A stretch of DNA of 64,000 bases from Amoebophrya sp. A120 (lineage: Eukaryota > Protista > Dinoflagellata): NCBI GenBank assembly GCA_905178155.1, contig CAJINV010000008.1, positions 2,981,303 through 3,045,302 on the forward strand. Reading direction: 5' to 3'. The position numbers and the translations under genes are program-made. Below are positions 1 through 11,425 of the stretch, one piece after another (the stretch's first letter is position 1; each line of letters starts with the position of its first letter). The notes under the pieces were generated by a model. The model was not told the DNA's origin and did no database searches. It worked only from the letters and a program-made list of their open reading frames with translations.

Positions 1-744
1 CAAAGCTACGAGCTGCTCCGTGCCGGTCTGCTCTCCGGTAAGAGCGTTCCTCGTTATCAGTGGAACGGCGATCTCTCGCCCTTGCAGCTGCCCCAGCAGA
101 TGCCGCACGTCTTGGTGGTGCTGCGTCATGGCCCCCAGGAGTCCTGTCGCATCTCCCGCTGGGTTCACACCCTGTGTGGCCGGCGTCACCGCTTGCCCGG
201 TCTGTGCTCCGGCCGGCTGGAGCTGCAGCTGTTGCTGTTGTGCTGCGAGTAGTCTCTGCACGTCTTGGAAACTGAAAGACGTCTGCTGCGTTGGCGCCGG
301 CTGTGCCGGCGGCAGCATCGTATGTGCACCGCCACCTTGCTGCCGGTTGAAGGCACTGCCAAACGCAGGCGCGGAGAAGTTACCTGACTGTGCCCCGAGA
401 CTATCACCCGATCGCGGGAGGCCTCCCTGCTGCCCGACTGGGAATGCGGTCTGGTATCCTGTCGGCCCTCCACCTGCGGCTCCCTGCATCGAGTGTAATA
501 CGAGGTAGTCGTTTACTGTCGGAAGAGGAGTGGCTCCCTGCCCAAGAGCCGGCCCCCCATAGTTTGGCGCGGGAGGTTGGACGCTCTGTGGCAGCACATG
601 GTTTGTTTGCTGTAGTGTATTTTGCTGCGCCCATCCTTGCTGCGGGGGGTTTTGCTGCACGACGTTGTTGGTCCGCTGTTGTGGGCCTGTTGGCCACTGC
701 TGGTACCGGAACTGGCCTTCCGGATTGCCTCCCGTGCCGAACAT
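1..744 (-). CDS. Q/P/G-rich protein N-terminus running off the left edge (MFGTGGNPEGQFRYQQWP...); possibly Gag-like ORF of a mobile element
   Basis: ATG at 744 and open frame to position 1 (248 codons, hand-translated). Absent from the ORF track because no stop lies in the window. No recognisable domain. Confidence 0.65.
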   Translation of the reverse strand, partial: MFGTGGNPEGQFRYQQWPTGPQQRTNNVVQQNPPQQGWAQQNTLQQTNHVLPQSVQPPAPNYGGPALGQGATPLPTVNDYLVLHSMQGAAGGGPTGYQTAFPVGQQGGLPRSGDSLGAQSGNFSAPAFGSAFNRQQGGGAHTMLPPAQPAPTQQTSFSFQDVQRLLAAQQQQLQLQPAGAQTGQAVTPATQGVNPAGDATGLLGAMTQHHQDVRHLLGQLQGREIAVPLITRNALTGEQTGTEQLVAL

Positions 745-882
745 GCCGCTTTTCTGCAGCCGTTTGTTCACGGCAGGTTCTGGCTGGTTCTGGCGGAACT
801 CTGCGCTGCACTACTCTAAGGAGGTAAAGTCGCCGTTTCCGAGTAGCGATTCGCGTCGTTGTTTGGGTTTTGGAGAAATGAA

Positions 883-1023
883 GTCCTTAACCCGCCGAGC
901 TGTAGCCGCGATTTCTGGGAATCTCGGGTCCCCGTTTTTCCGAAAACGCAGTTTTCGCCCGGCGGGATTGGGACACAAAATTCGCGGCGGGGCGAAACGG
1001 CTCTGCGGGGTGCGCGACAGCTC
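883..1023 (-). ncRNA. Predicted double-pseudoknot RNA element between the two ORFs
   Basis: Complementary segments 897-903/1017-1023, 930-933/1007-1010, 948-951/1003-1006, 953-960/990-997, 883-896/961-974 and 905-914/978-988. Strand assumed from the flanking ORFs. Confidence 0.45.
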
Positions 1024-1027
1024 TACT

Positions 1028-1720
1028 CTACTCGCCGTCCCCTGCAGGAGTCCCGACGTCCGGTGTCCCCCCGGTGTCCCCCACCCTCTTCAGCCTTCGC
1101 AAGGCGTGGAGCTCCTGAAGTAGCGTCGCGTTGTGGTCCTCCGCCGCTCGTGTCCTCTCTGCGAGGTCCCGAGCGACCTTCTCCTCGATCCTTTCGATGA
1201 GCAGCGTAATGCCCGGGTCGCCGCCGAAAGGGTCGTATACGATGCCCAGGCTGTACTGGCCGTAGGCAACCCGCTCAACCTGCAGAAACGCGCTACTGTC
1301 GTGCTGGGTGGAGCACAAGAGGTCGCGCACTGTCAGCGGCAGTGACTCTGTCGTGGCAAGGGCCTGAACGGGCGCTCTGTTCCTCGTCAGTTCCACGATG
1401 AGGCTGCAGGGGCAGTACTCGTAGACGAAGAGCGCGAAATCCCCTCGGGACGCTGCGAAGTGCTGCTGTGATGTCTCCTTGGACCGGAGCCACCCGCGTC
1501 TCTCCTCTGTTTCCTGCGCTAGGTTGTCGTGGTCGCGTTCAACCTTTATCAACGCGGTATAGTTGCTTGTGAAGGGGATGAGGAGCGGGAGGTGGTGCAG
1601 GCTGGTTAGGTGCTGCTTCGTTTCCTCCGTGTTCTCGCGGTATTCCTTCGCCTCGCGTTCTGTGATCACGCCTGTCCGCAGGAGCTCCTCTATCGCTGTC
1701 GGGCTCCGGCGGCGCGGCAT
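1028..1720 (-). CDS. Hypothetical protein, ~230 aa (MPRRRSPTAIEELL...), predicted C-terminal coiled coil
   Basis: Part of ORF 1028..1933; first ATG at 1720. Globular-looking composition, intronless. Confidence 0.55.
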   Translation of the reverse strand: MPRRRSPTAIEELLRTGVITEREAKEYRENTEETKQHLTSLHHLPLLIPFTSNYTALIKVERDHDNLAQETEERRGWLRSKETSQQHFAASRGDFALFVYEYCPCSLIVELTRNRAPVQALATTESLPLTVRDLLCSTQHDSSAFLQVERVAYGQYSLGIVYDPFGGDPGITLLIERIEEKVARDLAERTRAAEDHNATLLQELHALRRLKRVGDTGGTPDVGTPAGDGE

Positions 1721-3207
1721 ATCATCGCGAGACGCAGCGTCAATATTGGCAAAGGAAAAACGGAGAAAAGCAGAACCCCCGGTGGCTATTTCTGTGTTGC
1801 CTCTTGCCACTCTTCTACTTTTTTGAGGTCTTTTGTTTTTGCGGCTAGCTCTATACTGTCCCTGATGCCGTCTTTTACTTTTTTGGGATCTTTTTGTTTG
1901 GGGGTTCTGCACGAGACTAGAAAGTGTGGACACACACGACTACGGCTCACCACCTCGATCTTCAAAGACAGTAGCGCGTGCTCCAAACCGCTGATCCCGA
2001 GCGTCCTTGTCGGGGCCGCGCGGACTATGACGACCAGCTATGGCTGGAGGACGGCAAGGGTGGATGTGCGTCGGGTGGTCACGCCTCTTTGTTTCGCTGC
2101 TGCCTCCTTCCTCGGAACTGTTGCTGTATTTTACTGTCTTCTGGACAGCTGAGGGAACGGCAAGCGTGCGTCTAGTCTCGTCTTCACCACCGGTTTGGGC
2201 CTTCGGTGGAAATGTGGGGCACGGTGGCGACGCAGGTGCCCGGCAGTTCAGCACGATAGTACTGCAGGATCTAGGGGGTTAAGCTGCGAACTGGCCCTGC
2301 ACGGATTCCGCTCCTCCGGGACGGTTGTTCGTCTTCAGACACGACGGCACGCGGTTCCGGGCTAATAAAAATCCTCTTTGTAAGAGGATAAATCCACTGT
2401 CCGCTCCTGGCTGGAGACGAACAAGGACCGGGCTTGCGTAGTCTTAAATCGCCGAATCCCGACCCCAGGAGCCTTTGTCGGGGGCCCCTGGACTATGACG
2501 GTCGGGTTCGGTTCACTTGCTACGCGGGACGCCGGCTCCTTATTGTCTTTTAGCGTCTTCCGGCCAGTGGGGGGGACGGCAAACGCCGTTCGTCGGCAGC
2601 AGCAGGTAGTCTCTGCTTCCAGGGCCCGGCTGGAGGGCTAGAGCAGCGGGTTATCCTCCGGTGGCGCGGTGGTCGTGTCACCGTCGTATCACTTTCCAGA
2701 ACTGGCGACCCTCCCACGCAGCAGATCGCTCGCGACAACTGCAAGAAGCAAAATCACCAGTAACAGCCCCCGGGCTTCCTTCCTTCTTGTGGTTACCCAG
2801 ACTATGTCGGCCTGCTCTGGGTCACTGGTTGTTTCCTTTTGTCGCGCTGCTGGCTGGGTCCCAAGAAGATGGCTGCACTCGGAAGCTGTCCAAAGCCAGT
2901 GGGTGGTGCAGGCTCGGGTGGAAGCTGCAAACCCGATGACTGCAAACCCGATGACAGCAATAAACTGGTGCCGAAGGGACTTCAACACGGAGACGACCAA
3001 GAGAGAACGCGGAGTTGGACAACCATCATGCTTTGTGATGGAGTTTCAAAAAATTCCCGGCTCTCAGTTCTCTCAGAAAAAAGTCCAAACGAGGACTCCC
3101 ACACGCCGTGGGCACGGTGCAATTATTTCAACCGTGTTAAATAAAACAGTAGTGTTCATCTTCAGTGCAAGAAGTATCTATAAAGTTAAACGTATGGTAA
3201 TGGTTCT

Positions 3208-3300
3208 TTTTACGCTCTTTACTCAATGCTGGTTCTTGCTTTTTACGCTGGTTCTTATTTTTACGCTGGTTCTTCTTCTTGCTCTTACGCTGGTTCTTCC
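3208..3300. repeat. Short tandem repeat, TTTTACGCTGGTTCTT-like, ~4-5 copies
   Basis: Directly visible repeats. Confidence 0.7.
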
Positions 3301-5212
3301 TCAACATCCTTTTCGAAATATACACACCAAATTGTTCTTGCTCCTTTCGCAACAAACGACGTAGAATTGGCAGCGGAAAATAAAGCTATTGTCGGAAAGA
3401 AAATTAATGAAAAACGACAAAGCTGTCGATTTTAGCTTTAGGTCTTTTCGTGATGGTCTTGTATGTAGTGAGGTCACCGAACGGTTCTAACCAGGGAGTT
3501 TTCTTGACATATACCCTGAAAAACGACCGGCAGTTTTCAAGCGGCCGGAAGCGTTTTTTAACAAAAAAAATTTCCAATTATCAAGCGGCCCTGGCTGACC
3601 TGGCACCGAATCGCCAGCGGATTCTATCGGTCGCCGCTTGAAAAAACGACGCAGAGGAGCGAGCAAAAGGAGCGCCATTCTGAGGCGCCCGCCGCCTTGG
3701 TTTCTGGCGGTTTGGGGCGCCCAAAAAGCAGTGCGAAAAAAACGCGCCGAAAATCAGAACAGCGAAACAGCATGGCACGGCTGCGATTTCGGAGCATTTT
3801 GGGCGGCCGCGAAAGCGGCCGCATTTTCGCCGGTTTCAGTGCCTGGGAAGCTCTGCAAAAAGCGCCGGCTAGAAAAATAAAAACGCAAAAAAGCAAAAGC
3901 GTGCCAGACGTGCAAAGCCAATCCGCATGCTATGGGCCCGATTTTTCTTCGCTTTTTGGGCGCCCCCCGTGGCACCCGGATCGGCCCCATAGCATGGAGG
4001 CTGGCTTTCGGAAAGGAATAGTAGAAATCTGCCAAAATTTGTGACGTCTTTCTATCAAGCGGCCGCCTTACCGTGCGGCCTAACGTTACTCACGGCGGTA
4101 TGGCGAGCCCAGAAAAAGCAAAGCCGCGGCCAAGGCGACGGCCGGCAAGAAAACGCCCACGACCTCACTACCTCCGCCCCGGCGGCTATATTTGGTAGTG
4201 CTCCCAAAAATAATGAGCTTGATTTTGAAGTTTTTTGACCACCAATATTACCAAATGCATCGTGAAAATGATGTTTCAAGAATGAACACACCGACAAACT
4301 GTTGTAAAAAATGTACTTTACTGATACTGTCACGAATTTGAACTTCAATCGGACGCAGAGCTTTCATTTTGATTTTGGCGCAAATAAGTACTCAATTCAA
4401 AGAGAACAAGCAGCAGAAACAAGCCACTTTTTGGCGGACGTGAGCATTCTCTGTGTCTGTCTCATAGTACTTTTTGCAGCGAGAAGCTGAAACCTTTTCG
4501 TCCTCGCACGGGGATTGCGGCGAGTACTTAGAATCGGGCTTTTCGAAAATCGTGATAGATCGAAAGGCGTCAAGTCACGTAGTGCTTTTCCTTTGTTGGA
4601 AAAAGTAAGGGTCTTCGTACTCACACTCTGTCGTGTGTGAAGAAAGTCTTCGGATCGTCTCTAGTGGTCTGTCTGTGGTCTGCCTGTTCTAGTACCTCGG
4701 TCGATCCTGAAAGAGAATTCGTTCAAGGCATGAAGCAGGGCGCTTCTAGTCAAGAATGGTCCTTGCGGCTTCTGGTGTCAGAATGAAATAGATGTGGGCC
4801 GTCCTCGTCAAAAAGGGTACCAGTACCGTACCTTTGGGTCAGGGATGAATCTAAATTTACTCGGGGCGGTTGCAGTAGTATTGGGACATGGATTCAAATC
4901 TTAAGCCTCTATTCTGCTACTCCTCCGTACAGTACAGCTTGACCTTGACGTCCCTGCGTCGAAATGAAGAAAAATATACCAATCATGTGCCATCATGGCG
5001 TTTTGCTTTGTTTGATGTCATCTACTTGCGCTATGTTGCGCTATCTGAGTATGAATTTCGGTGAAAAATATGGGGTTGAGTTTCTTTATTAGAAGGGAAT
5101 AGGCACACGACCCGATGAGAACCACATCAGGGCAACACCTTGGTAACTCGAATTCCAGGCTCAGGTAGAAAAAGCTCAGCGCACCTCTACTCCCCCCCTC
5201 CCCGCCGGCACG

Positions 5213-8200
5213 ATGGCGGGGATGACAACAATGGAGGCCGTGTCCATGGTGGACTTCGAGGAGTTTAAGATGGAGGTTGCGGAACTTCGGCACAAATTTG
5301 AGGACGAACATATCCTTTGGAAATTAATAATGTGCCCCGACATTCCGAACAAAAGGGCCTCCAAGACTTTCCACAGGGAAACTTTTTGTATTGCATGAGG
5401 CGTCGAGGTCGATGAACTCAAATAAATGCCGCACATTTTTATAGTATTTTGTGGCAAAGAAAGTTTGCATCACAGGATTTCATTTTATTCCATTCTGGGG
5501 TACTCGGGGCGCTTTTCAGGTTGCTAAGACAGAAATCGACGGCAGAAAACCTGCGGAAAAAAGAAACCACAATCCGAGAACTGCTCAAGGAGGTGGAGAC
5601 CCAGGGAAAAACGATCAAGCAGCTGAAAAAGGTACTTCTTGGTGCTCCCGTCAGGAGCTTCATTTGGTTGATCTCTCGACTTCTTGGTGCGCGGGTGCTT
5701 GATATCAATCCATTTTTATTATATCTCGCGGGATAGATTTTTGGGAGGCGGTGTCCATTTTGACGCGTGCCTACGATGGTATACCCTTGGATGATCGGAA
5801 AAAGAGCTAATGAGACATCGTACTTACTTACCCCGCAACGCAGCTCTATGTTCAGGAGGAAGCTCGTGTTGTTACTCACTCACATCATCGAAACAAAAAA
5901 AGTTTTTGTACACCAATCCTTGTTCAGGGTGCCGAGGAGTCGAAGCGCTTTTTCCGCGATGCGCTGAGCACGCAGCTCGGCGATTTGAGACAGGAATTAC
6001 TCGCGAGTTTCGAGGCGCAGCTGGACGTGAGCGACCGGATGATGCGATCCCGGGTGGACCAAATCATCAACACCAAGTTCGAAGAGGGCTTCAAGGTGAT
6101 CGAAGACCAGTGCAAAGAGCTCTTCACGGTACATGAACTATGTTTTGTTTTGATCAGAAAAAGTCACTCATGAGTGGGTCGTCTCTAGTGCTTGTCTAAT
6201 ACCGCGCAGCAGAAGCCACCGATTTTTGACGACACTGCATCTCTTTCGTGGTACGGTGTCAGGATTCTTGTTTCGATAGAAAGTCGGCACTACCTTTACC
6301 TAGTATCAGATGACATTGCGTAGTTGGTAGAAGGAATAGAAGTGAACTTTTTGCTAGGACAGCATCTTATATCTCATCACGATTCATCTCTACACCAGCG
6401 TATCAAGGACGAAGTGAACGACCGAGCTTCGAAAAACGAGAAAGCCGCCATCGCATTGGTCGACGGCCGTTCGGCCGAGATGGAGTCTAAGATCAACGGT
6501 AGTATCCAAGATGAAAAAGACTGTGTGTTGAATAAGGAGTGCAAGTTTGTTGTATTGCAGGACACCACGGCGTCCCAGCGCCGTAAAAGTCACACCTGTC
6601 ACGCCGGCAGACAACAACGATCATGGCCTTTCATTTTCTTCAGCTGTTTATTCGTGTCTTCACGTACTATCTCTTGGTTTTGCAAGCTGCTACGTGGGCA
6701 TGAGAGATGTTTTGTGTGGTCATGCAGTGGACCCAATTCGGCATGCATGAGCATGCTATCGATTCAACAACAAACAAGAGACACGACAAATAAGACGGTT
6801 TTTTGCTTGGATACCCAGGTGTAAAGAGCTAATCCAAGTGAAAATGGCCCGGGTAGAGCGCAACTGGTTTTCCATGACCGCGAAATCGTGGCAGTTATGC
6901 ATGGCAACTATAAACATGTCTGGGATGTCGATGATTGGTAGTGGAATTACTTGCGTGCGACGATCGTATGACGAGAAGTGATCTACTGTAATATTCATTG
7001 TATGAATAGGATTTGTGAAGATGGCGTTGGCGCCTCTTTCCGTCGCGCTAGAAAAAGCTACTTTGTCAAGTGACTCACTTATGAATGAGTCTGCAACCAA
7101 CTTACTACGAGCTTCGCAAAAATTGTGATGCTGTGCATCCGTCCAACTACAACGCGAGACTATTCGAAGTAAGAAAAATGCATATGCAAGATGCAGTGTC
7201 AGACATGTTTGCAGTTGATAGAAGTGGTCAGTGAACAATTTTCACGAGCAGATGCTGAATTTGTACAACGTCAAGGAAAATATCGCGACCATTTCCAGTC
7301 CCACCTTCACGCTGGCCACCTGCCCGCGGATGTTTCTGGAGCTCACCGTGGAGAATCTCAGCCGGGGCTCACACACGAACGAATGGGCCGAAGACGCGGG
7401 CGGCGCTGCACCGGGAGGAGCCACGCCCAAGTCAACCCCGATCGCGGGCAATCTGTCCCTAGTGGTTTACTTCGAGAAGCGCGTGGATCATTTGAAGCTG
7501 AAGATCACAGTGGGACCCCCGGAGACAGAAATTTGCCGGGTTCTCTCCCACAAGGACCTGATGCCGATCAGCCAACACTGGCACTATGACGACCCCCGGA
7601 ACCGCGGTTCCCGTCTGCACAGCACCTCGACCGGGCAGATCATGCACCGTATCACACAGAAAAAAACGGGCAGGGTAGATTTGTAACGCGAAAATAAATA
7701 CGCGAAAACAAAAGATCCGCTACTTGTGCGTCTCATACAGCATACTACAGGCTATGACAGCCTTTTTTGTCAATCCATTTTTGCATTTGCGCGGTCTGTT
7801 AATCATCACAAATATGCCCTGCCGGTTTTTTTCATCATGATACACCGCGACTACAAGCCGACGGGCGGATATGCAAAGAAAAAACTAACTGTCTGCTTGG
7901 TGTAAAGTCGTGAGTGATCATCGTGCAGGCTTAGAATCCTTTGTCTTGCTACAAACACAACATTTTTGATGTTCAGGCATCGCGGTTTCCTTTTGGAAGC
8001 ACCCCTAACAGCTTTTCTTTGTGATCATGTCGAACAGGCAGATTTTACGGTTTCTTTTTGTAGGCGTAAGAAACTGCACGAGGCACTTTCATGTAGAACC
8101 AACTACAAAATCTAGATTATGTTGTGATGTAATACTTCGTTGGGAAGTCATATCAAATCGTTACAGTGAAGCTGAAGTACTTTTTTCTTACGATAGCGGC

Positions 8201-11200
8201 GGCTCGCACGGCGCGCGGGCGCGGAAAAAAATGATGAATAGCATGAACGCGCACCTAAATTCTTTGGAAGAAGCGATCGCCTACGCATTCGAGGACGAAG
8301 TTTCGGAGACCAACCCGCGAAGGCAAGACCCGCTCGACATGTGCAAGGATATGAGAGGTGACAACTTCCCCTCCTTTTTATTTTAAAGCCCAGCAGCGGC
8401 ATCAGAAACAAGCTGAACATGGAGCCGGCGCACTAAAACTCGTGCCCGCACTGTAGTCGTGCTTCTATGTAGGCTCTCGGAACCTCAACATGTAATGGAA
8501 AAAATCCGGCCAGCGCCAAGCGGTAGCGCAAGAAGAGTGGTCGATATCATGCATGTGCATCGAAAATGAAGGGGAAGGGGAGCTGTCCTCTAGCATAAAA
8601 GACATGGACGCACCACCTACAGACGACGCTGCAGAACCACTGGTAATGACAAATTCACCTGTGCTGCTCAGCTCGTTTATTTGTGGCTAAGAACCAATCT
8701 TCCGATGGAGCTCGCAATTACTTACTTAATCTCTGCACCATATGGTAGACGCGGTGCGCTTTTGGTTTTTGGTTTTGACAGTAACAGAACAATCAGAAGC
8801 TGATCATCTTGTATGAGTGCCATGCATTCCAGGTTTGTTTTTGCGTGGGAACAGAAAAGCGGTCTAATAGGATACTTACAAGCTACTTTTGAATTGCCTT
8901 CTTTCGTGCGCCGCTGGGATTCGTTTGCTGCTTTGAAATAAGTGATGTAGATGTACTGCAATTTGATGAATTGTGCGCCAAACAAAAACAGTACTCCCCA
9001 ATCGACCACAAGCCTTGCGAGATCCGGCTGACCAATTTCGGCATGATCCAGCGACTGTGGGATCGGCGGCACGACCAGATCCCCATCAAGGTCGAGGTGC
9101 TCGAGTGCGGGTTCAAGCGCCGGTTTTCCAAGCGCGTCAAGGCCCCCGGGCTGAACTACGGCAGGAAGGAGTTGTTTCAGTGCTACGACCAGTTCCTGTC
9201 GCCCAACTACCTCACCTTGCAAGTCTCGAACTGGGTGAACCGGGTGAAGTACAAGCACTTGAAAAAGGCCACCTGGGACACTATCACCTCGTCAGATGGA
9301 ACAATGATCTCAACTGGAACGATTTGCGATGGAGCGTCCAACGGACAATAAAGATGTTGATTTCTGCCCCACTGAAGATGCGCAGCGAGACAGAGATCTT
9401 TTTCTATGGAAAAATATCCGGTAGAAGTCCAACTCCAACTCCAGGCACACCTCGCATGAAATGCGCACGAAATTTGTCATGCAAAGCTGCAGCAAGCTGC
9501 AAGCAGTACTAGCAGATTTTGCTTTTGCCCTTTTCGCAAGACTACAAATTTGGCGGCTTTGATATTGTCCCAGTTGAGATTGTTGCAGCTGCGCAAGCCA
9601 TAGACATCTCCAACGTGCAGGAAATCTGCAAAATGGTCCCCAGCGGTTCTTTATCCTGTGCAAAAGTTGTCTCACAGTCGTACTAATAGTTCCTGCAGTC
9701 TTCGTTCGTGGAGCTTGATGGAGCTACTGTGTTATGCCCTCGTGAATCTGCGTGACGCAAAGAAAAAATTCAATGCAGTTTGTTCCACTATTAGCAATAC
9801 GACACGAGAACATATTTATTGCGCTGCATATTCCTGCATCGAGTCCAACCTGTTTCGCATCGCCGGACTGGACAGCCTCCGTCTAGTGCTGTACCCCAAC
9901 GGTTTCTCGGAGGACCTGCCGTTACAGTCTGCGCTGTTTCTGCGCTCCGTGTCGGAGGAAAACGGTTCCACCATGGTCCGCGCGATCATCACCCTGAACG
10001 CGACGTCAAAGACCTTCCAGGGACCAATCGACAAGAGCCTGGGGCGAAAAAAGTTTTCGTCGCTGCTGAACGTGGATTTCATCTTATCGACGTGAAAAGT
10101 GCAGCGGCCGTCTTGCTTCCTTGGAAGATGGGATATTGAATCTGAATCTGTTTGATGCAAAGTTTACGATCGCAAAGAACCTTTTGTCTTGTTCCAGTTT
10201 ACTAGCCCGCGTACAAAGTTCTTCCCTTAGCTTACAAGCATGGTAAGGCCTGCTGTTGCTGGGGTTGCGTGCAAGAAGAAAATTTGCTATTGTCCTCGTT
10301 AGTAGTACTTACATGACAGAAGCAAAACGGAGAATCTTCATGTTTGTAGAAACAAGTTTCCAAAGGAACGAGGATCAGATTTGTTTGGAAAAAAACTGTC
10401 GGAACTTGATTCAGGGAGAGGGAGCGAACGCGAAGCACAGTTCACTTCGATACTTCCAGATCACTGTCGAAATCGAGGAGTGCGTGGACGAGTCGGTGCA
10501 GCTGCGCACGTTGAAAAAGTACGAAAAACTGGAAGACATCTACCGGTATCGAATGTAAAAATGTCTGGGTCTGGAAGATTGGCAGGTTTGTCATGCACAT
10601 TTTGCATGACTCCTGATGTCTGTGATGCATGCCCTAGCATCACAGATTTTGTGAGGGCTTTCTGATGCCTATACCGCATGACAAATGCTCTTTCCGTGTA
10701 GCAAGACTTGGGCTCTATTTGCTGCTCATGCAACACAGATTTTTTTAGAATCCAAAATCAGCATGACAAGTTGGATTCTTCCAGACCCAGACATTTTTAC
10801 AGTTGATAACCGGATCCCAGACGCCGGCGGCGTCTCCACCTACGCGAACACGGGCACCTTTTTATATGAAATGTAAAAATGTCTGGGTCTGGAAGATGGC
10901 AACCTGTCATGCTCTCTTTGGATTCCAAAAAAATCTGTATTGCGTGACCAGCAACAGGAGTCCAGTTTGTGTTACGCGGAGAGGGCATTTCTCATGCAGA
11001 ATGGGCATCAGAAAGCCCTGTAAAAATCTGTGATGCTAGATATTGCATTACATGCATCATGGATCATACAAAATATGCATCACAAATCCCAGAATCTTCC
11101 AGACCCAGACATTTTTGCATTTGATATTTTATCCCGTCCCACCACTGTCACCACCAGTTCCTCCGGCGGTGCGGATAGCCGACCTGTGACCAGTATGCTG

Positions 11201-11425
11201 TGCAAAAGCTTCATCTTCTTCATGCATTTGCCCGAGGTGAGAGTTGCAAAAATGCGGGCGCATCTATTCAAATCTCATTTTTCCCTCGGGAAAAATTTGA
11301 ATGCAATTATTAACAAAACTGACCTACTTACAGTTCTACTGTGTCTGCGATAGGTGCGACTTTTGCAATGCATAATAACCGGCGCGGGCTTCGATCCGAC
11401 GCAACTGCCGACGACGTTCGAGTGA
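5213..11425 (+). CDS. Multi-exon coiled-coil + MATH/TRAF-like domain protein
   Basis: Exons join in frame: MAGMTT.. coiled coil; WSVNNF..ISSPTFTLA..; WDISNVQEICKMVPSGSCIESNLFRIAGLDSLRLVLYPNG..SALFLR (MATH-like pattern); stop TGA 11423-11425. About 12 TIR/TSD introns plus GT-AG introns with donors at ~5632, 6130 and 8643. Confidence 0.7.
7650..7842. mobile_element. TIR-bounded intronic element (introner), TSD CACCG
   Basis: TATC...GATA ends, perfect 5-bp direct repeat; excision gives in-frame MHRDYKPTG. Confidence 0.85.
7870..8195. mobile_element. Introner, TSD GCGGA/GCGGC
   Basis: TATG...GATA; in-frame join TGGGSHG. Confidence 0.8.
8350..8597. mobile_element. Introner, TSD AAGGA/AAAGA
   Basis: TATG...CATA; in-frame join CKDMDAPP. 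Confidence 0.7.
9282..9602. mobile_element. Introner, TSD GACAC/GACAT
   Basis: TATC...CATA; join restores WDISNV. Confidence 0.8.
9652..9830. mobile_element. Introner, TSD TTCTT/TTCCT
   Basis: TATC...CATA; join PSGSCIESNLF. Confidence 0.8.
10085..10452. mobile_element. Introner, degenerate TSD CATCT/CTTCC
   Basis: TIR TATCGACGTGAA / TTCACTTCGATA; in-frame join. Confidence 0.7.
10547..10808 (+). mobile_element. Family-A introner (262 bp), TSD ACCGG
   Basis: ~32-bp TIR with core TGTAAAAATGTCTGGGTCTGGAAGA; perfect TSD; join DIYRIPDAG. Confidence 0.92.
10865..11126 (-). mobile_element. Family-A introner (262 bp), inverted relative to the 10547 copy, TSD TTTTA
   Basis: Same TIR; internal sequence is the reverse complement of the 10547 copy; join GTFLSRPT. 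Confidence 0.92.
11194..11377. mobile_element. Introner, TSD ACCAG/ACCGG
   Basis: TATGCTGTGCAAAAG / CTTTTGCAATGCATAATA; in-frame join to the last exon. Confidence 0.7.

Noticed and set aside
2490-2505. ACTATGACGGTC resembling LSU rRNA
   Set aside because: Only about 10 nt match and no surrounding rRNA sequence.
3137-3355. Lys/Arg-rich - strand ORF resembling a basic nuclear protein
   Set aside because: Explained by the short tandem repeat; no further support.
3360-3900. Possible third copy of the 50735/57400 dispersed repeat
   Set aside because: Only short shared words (e.g. CAATTATCAAGC); homology cannot be confirmed by eye.
5213-11425. Pseudogene or alternative genetic code to explain the fragmented ORFs
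   Set aside because: The stops lie inside TIR/TSD-bounded inserts or GT-AG introns, and frames rejoin after removal.
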